From Seison nebaliae (lineage: Eukaryota): 42,044 nt of DNA. The DNA is taken from contig JALJEE010000954.1 of NCBI GenBank assembly GCA_023231475.1, forward strand, positions 62,001 to 104,044, read 5' to 3'. The notes under the pieces were generated by a model that did not search any database, was not told the DNA's origin, and was given only the letters and a program-made list of their open reading frames with translations. Each line of letters opens with the position of its first letter. Position 1 is the stretch's first letter. Both the position numbers and the translations under genes were made by a program. Shown here piece by piece: positions 40,001 to 42,044 of the stretch.

Positions 40001-40222
40001 GCTTTTTTCTCGATCTAACCTTCTTTTCTTTTTATTAGATATTTAAAATTTTAAAAGAATTTTTGAGAATTCTAACTGTTTTTCCTTCCTGTTAAATTTT
40101 CAAGTTTTGCGATAAAGTAATAAGTAGCGAAGGATTTGAAAGAAATTTAGCTAACCATTACGTGTACATTCGATTAAGCAAACGAACAAAAATAAAATGA
40201 AACACAAACGTAAAACATTCAT
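37065..40222 (-). CDS. Putative secreted atypical protein kinase-like protein (signal peptide, repeat/Pro-rich linker, C-terminal kinase fold)
   Basis: Inferred exons are 40222-40156, 40088-40077, 40027-39974, 39921-39896 (or -39910), 39854 (or 39859)-38838, 38787-38770, 38727-38380, 38335-38263, 38218-38066, 38020-37791 and 37589-37065. The N-terminus MNVLRLCFILFLFVCLIECTRNG is signal-peptide-like. Kinase motifs are LLGEGSQGSA, VVVK, EMVIE, HGDVHAGNIII and LIDWG. The 5' exon chain is tentative. Confidence 0.65.
38949..39116 (-). repeat. 30-nt (10-aa) coding tandem repeat, ~5.5 copies (PGxxxxGTPx)
   Basis: The translation reads PGLASVGTPI PGLSLPGTPL PGFEADGTPQ PGFEQYGTPV PGLEPAGTPQ PGSASL. 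TCCTGGCTGAGGAGTTCCA recurs at 38961 and 39021. Confidence 0.9.
39369..39758 (-). repeat. ~195-nt (~65-aa) coding tandem duplication, 2 copies
   Basis: AAETTTT..IPGLSI..GET.QVNSD.KSDRKFKRPLRKPRSAFAFSDDS occurs twice, with near-identical DNA. Confidence 0.92.
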
Positions 40223-41089
40223 TATGTGAATTAAATGAAATTTGAATTTTCCTTTCTCTTATATACACTTTTTTGGAGGATGGAATTACTCATTTTTCAT
40301 CTTGGTGGTTGTTAATTCTCTAATTCCTAAGAGAGAGGAAAAGTGTTTTAAACAAATTTAAACATTTTCTAAAAATAATTTGTTCGAAACCACTATGGTC
40401 ACATAGATGTTTTGTGTATGAAAAATTTTTTAATGTTGCCGAATGCACTATTAGGTAACAATTATTTCAGAAAAAGTATTCGATGATATGCCCTACATAC
40501 AAAAATTTTAACCGTAACGTTATTGGTATATAAAAAATCTATAGAAACATGTGCGTTAATCGTAACGTTGATTAAATGTTACTGTAAACAGAATATCAAC
40601 TCAACACGTAAAGGGATATTTAACTTTTCTTCATATAATTTTTCAACAGTTGATAAACAGTTACGGGAAAAGGGAAACTTTTTTAATTTAGGAACCAGAT
40701 CCCTATACTGATTATTTCATACAGAACATATTTATGTTTTTATACTTTGATATCATATAGAGTATATATTACCCATGATGTAGTTCCTACAAGATCAAGC
40801 ATAGATTCCAGAAGATAAAATTCTAATTTATATATTTATTTATCAAGGGAAAGCTTTCATGATCTTATATTGTAAAAATAACATAAAGTTTATTAGATAA
40901 GATATTATTAGATTGCAAGAACCCATGAGATGTTTTTTACCAAAGAGAATTAATTCCCCGTTAGGAAATTGGATATTTTATATTATTCAAGAAGAATTCG
41001 AATCCAAGGGACAGAAGTCCCGAACTTTAAAAAGAATGAACTAACGTAGATAACTTACCGAACGAACAGGAATTAAAAAACTTCGAGAA

Positions 41090-42044
41090 ACTGAAAAAAG
41101 AAATTATCGACCACGGAACAATAAATTTTCCTAATTTTAACGAAAAGTTTACTCTCAAAACGGATGCATCCGAGTTGTGTATGGGTTCCGTTCTAATGCA
41201 CGAACAGAAAATTGTAGCGTTTCATTCTCGTAAACTAACAAAAACGGTAATCAACTATTCTACGATCGAGAAAGAATGTTTGGCGGTGGTGGATGGAGTT
41301 CTGAAATTCTATTAATATTTAGCACCCAACGAATTCTTAATTGAAACTGATCACAAACCGTTGCTGACAATTAGAAAATTTGCGAACAAAGGAAGTAAAA
41401 GACTAGAAAAGTGGTCGATGAGACTGAATGAATATGATTTTGAAATATAATATATTCCTGGAAAAGAAAATCATATTGCCGATACATTATCCCGCATTAA
41501 TCTAGTTGATGTTCATGGAATCGACGCAGAGATAGTAGAAGCTCAACGCCATGGTGACCATTCGAAACGATTAATCCAAGAAATTAGCGGAATGTCAAAC
41601 GATCGAACAACAGAGGAAATAGCAATTGAGCATGAAGGTGGGATGCCATCACAACATCAATCGATATTGTTTTTCCTAAAAAACGGCGAAAAAACGTTAT
41701 TTGTTCCGAAAAATTTTCGTCAGAGAATAATATTTCTATGTAATTCTACAAAAGAAAGTGGTCATTACGGAATCGAAAGAACCATTGCGAAAACTAAATG
41801 CCATGGTCATTAGGGAGACGTCTCTAATTCAGTAAGAAAATTTATCAAATCTTGTCCAGAATGTCAGGCCAACAGCAATAAACCCAATAGAAACGAACTA
41901 AAAAACATCAACAGTTCACTCCCTAACGAAATATGGACCATCGACTGTCTGGGAGCATTAAAAAAAACGAGTAAACATCTTATTTATAAACAATTTATAT
42001 TCTTAAACGTTGATCATTTTTCAAAATATCCTATTGCTTATCCT
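41090..42044 (+). mobile_element. Decayed Ty3/Gypsy LTR retrotransposon pol fragment (RNase H + integrase), running off the window end
   Basis: One frame reads FPNFNEKFTLKTDAS..VAFHSRKL..NYSTIEKECLAVV..ETDHKPL..KWSMRLNEYDFEI*YIPGKENHIADTLSR (RNase H). It continues GHYGIERT..CPEC (integrase Zn finger) and WTIDCLG..VDHFSKY (integrase core). In-frame stops are at 41313, 41448 and 41811. RH-then-IN order fits Gypsy rather than Copia. The left boundary is approximate. Confidence 0.9.

Noticed and set aside
306..40155. U12-type or non-GT-AG introns
   Set aside because: Every inferred intron is GT-AG and none has the RTATCCTT U12 donor.

Overview
This is AT-rich, gene-dense eukaryotic (animal) genomic DNA in the standard genetic code, with very short spliceosomal introns (mostly 41-67 nt). 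I built gene models by hand, restoring conserved motifs across GT-AG junctions. In order, the window holds: a 5'-truncated Six4/5 homeobox gene, a ~4.9 kb gap with decayed coding-like fragments, a C2H2 zinc-finger gene, USP10, a truncated TPPP/p25alpha-like gene head-to-head with a small EF-hand/Gly-Met-tail gene, an intronless eIF4A, an SLC16/MCT transporter, an FGD-like DH-PH-FYVE gene, a four-RRM PABP-like gene lacking MLLE, PI4KA, an apparently secreted repeat-rich atypical kinase with microexons, and a decayed Ty3/Gypsy pol fragment. The most striking signal is the splice code. 31 of the 35 inferred introns begin GTT rather than the usual GTR, +5G is mostly absent, and AAG acceptors are common. 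Textbook GTAAGT/GTATGT/GTAAAG sites sit unused inside exons. The compact architecture suggests a small-genome invertebrate, possibly a syndermatan/rotifer-like lineage, but that is only a guess.
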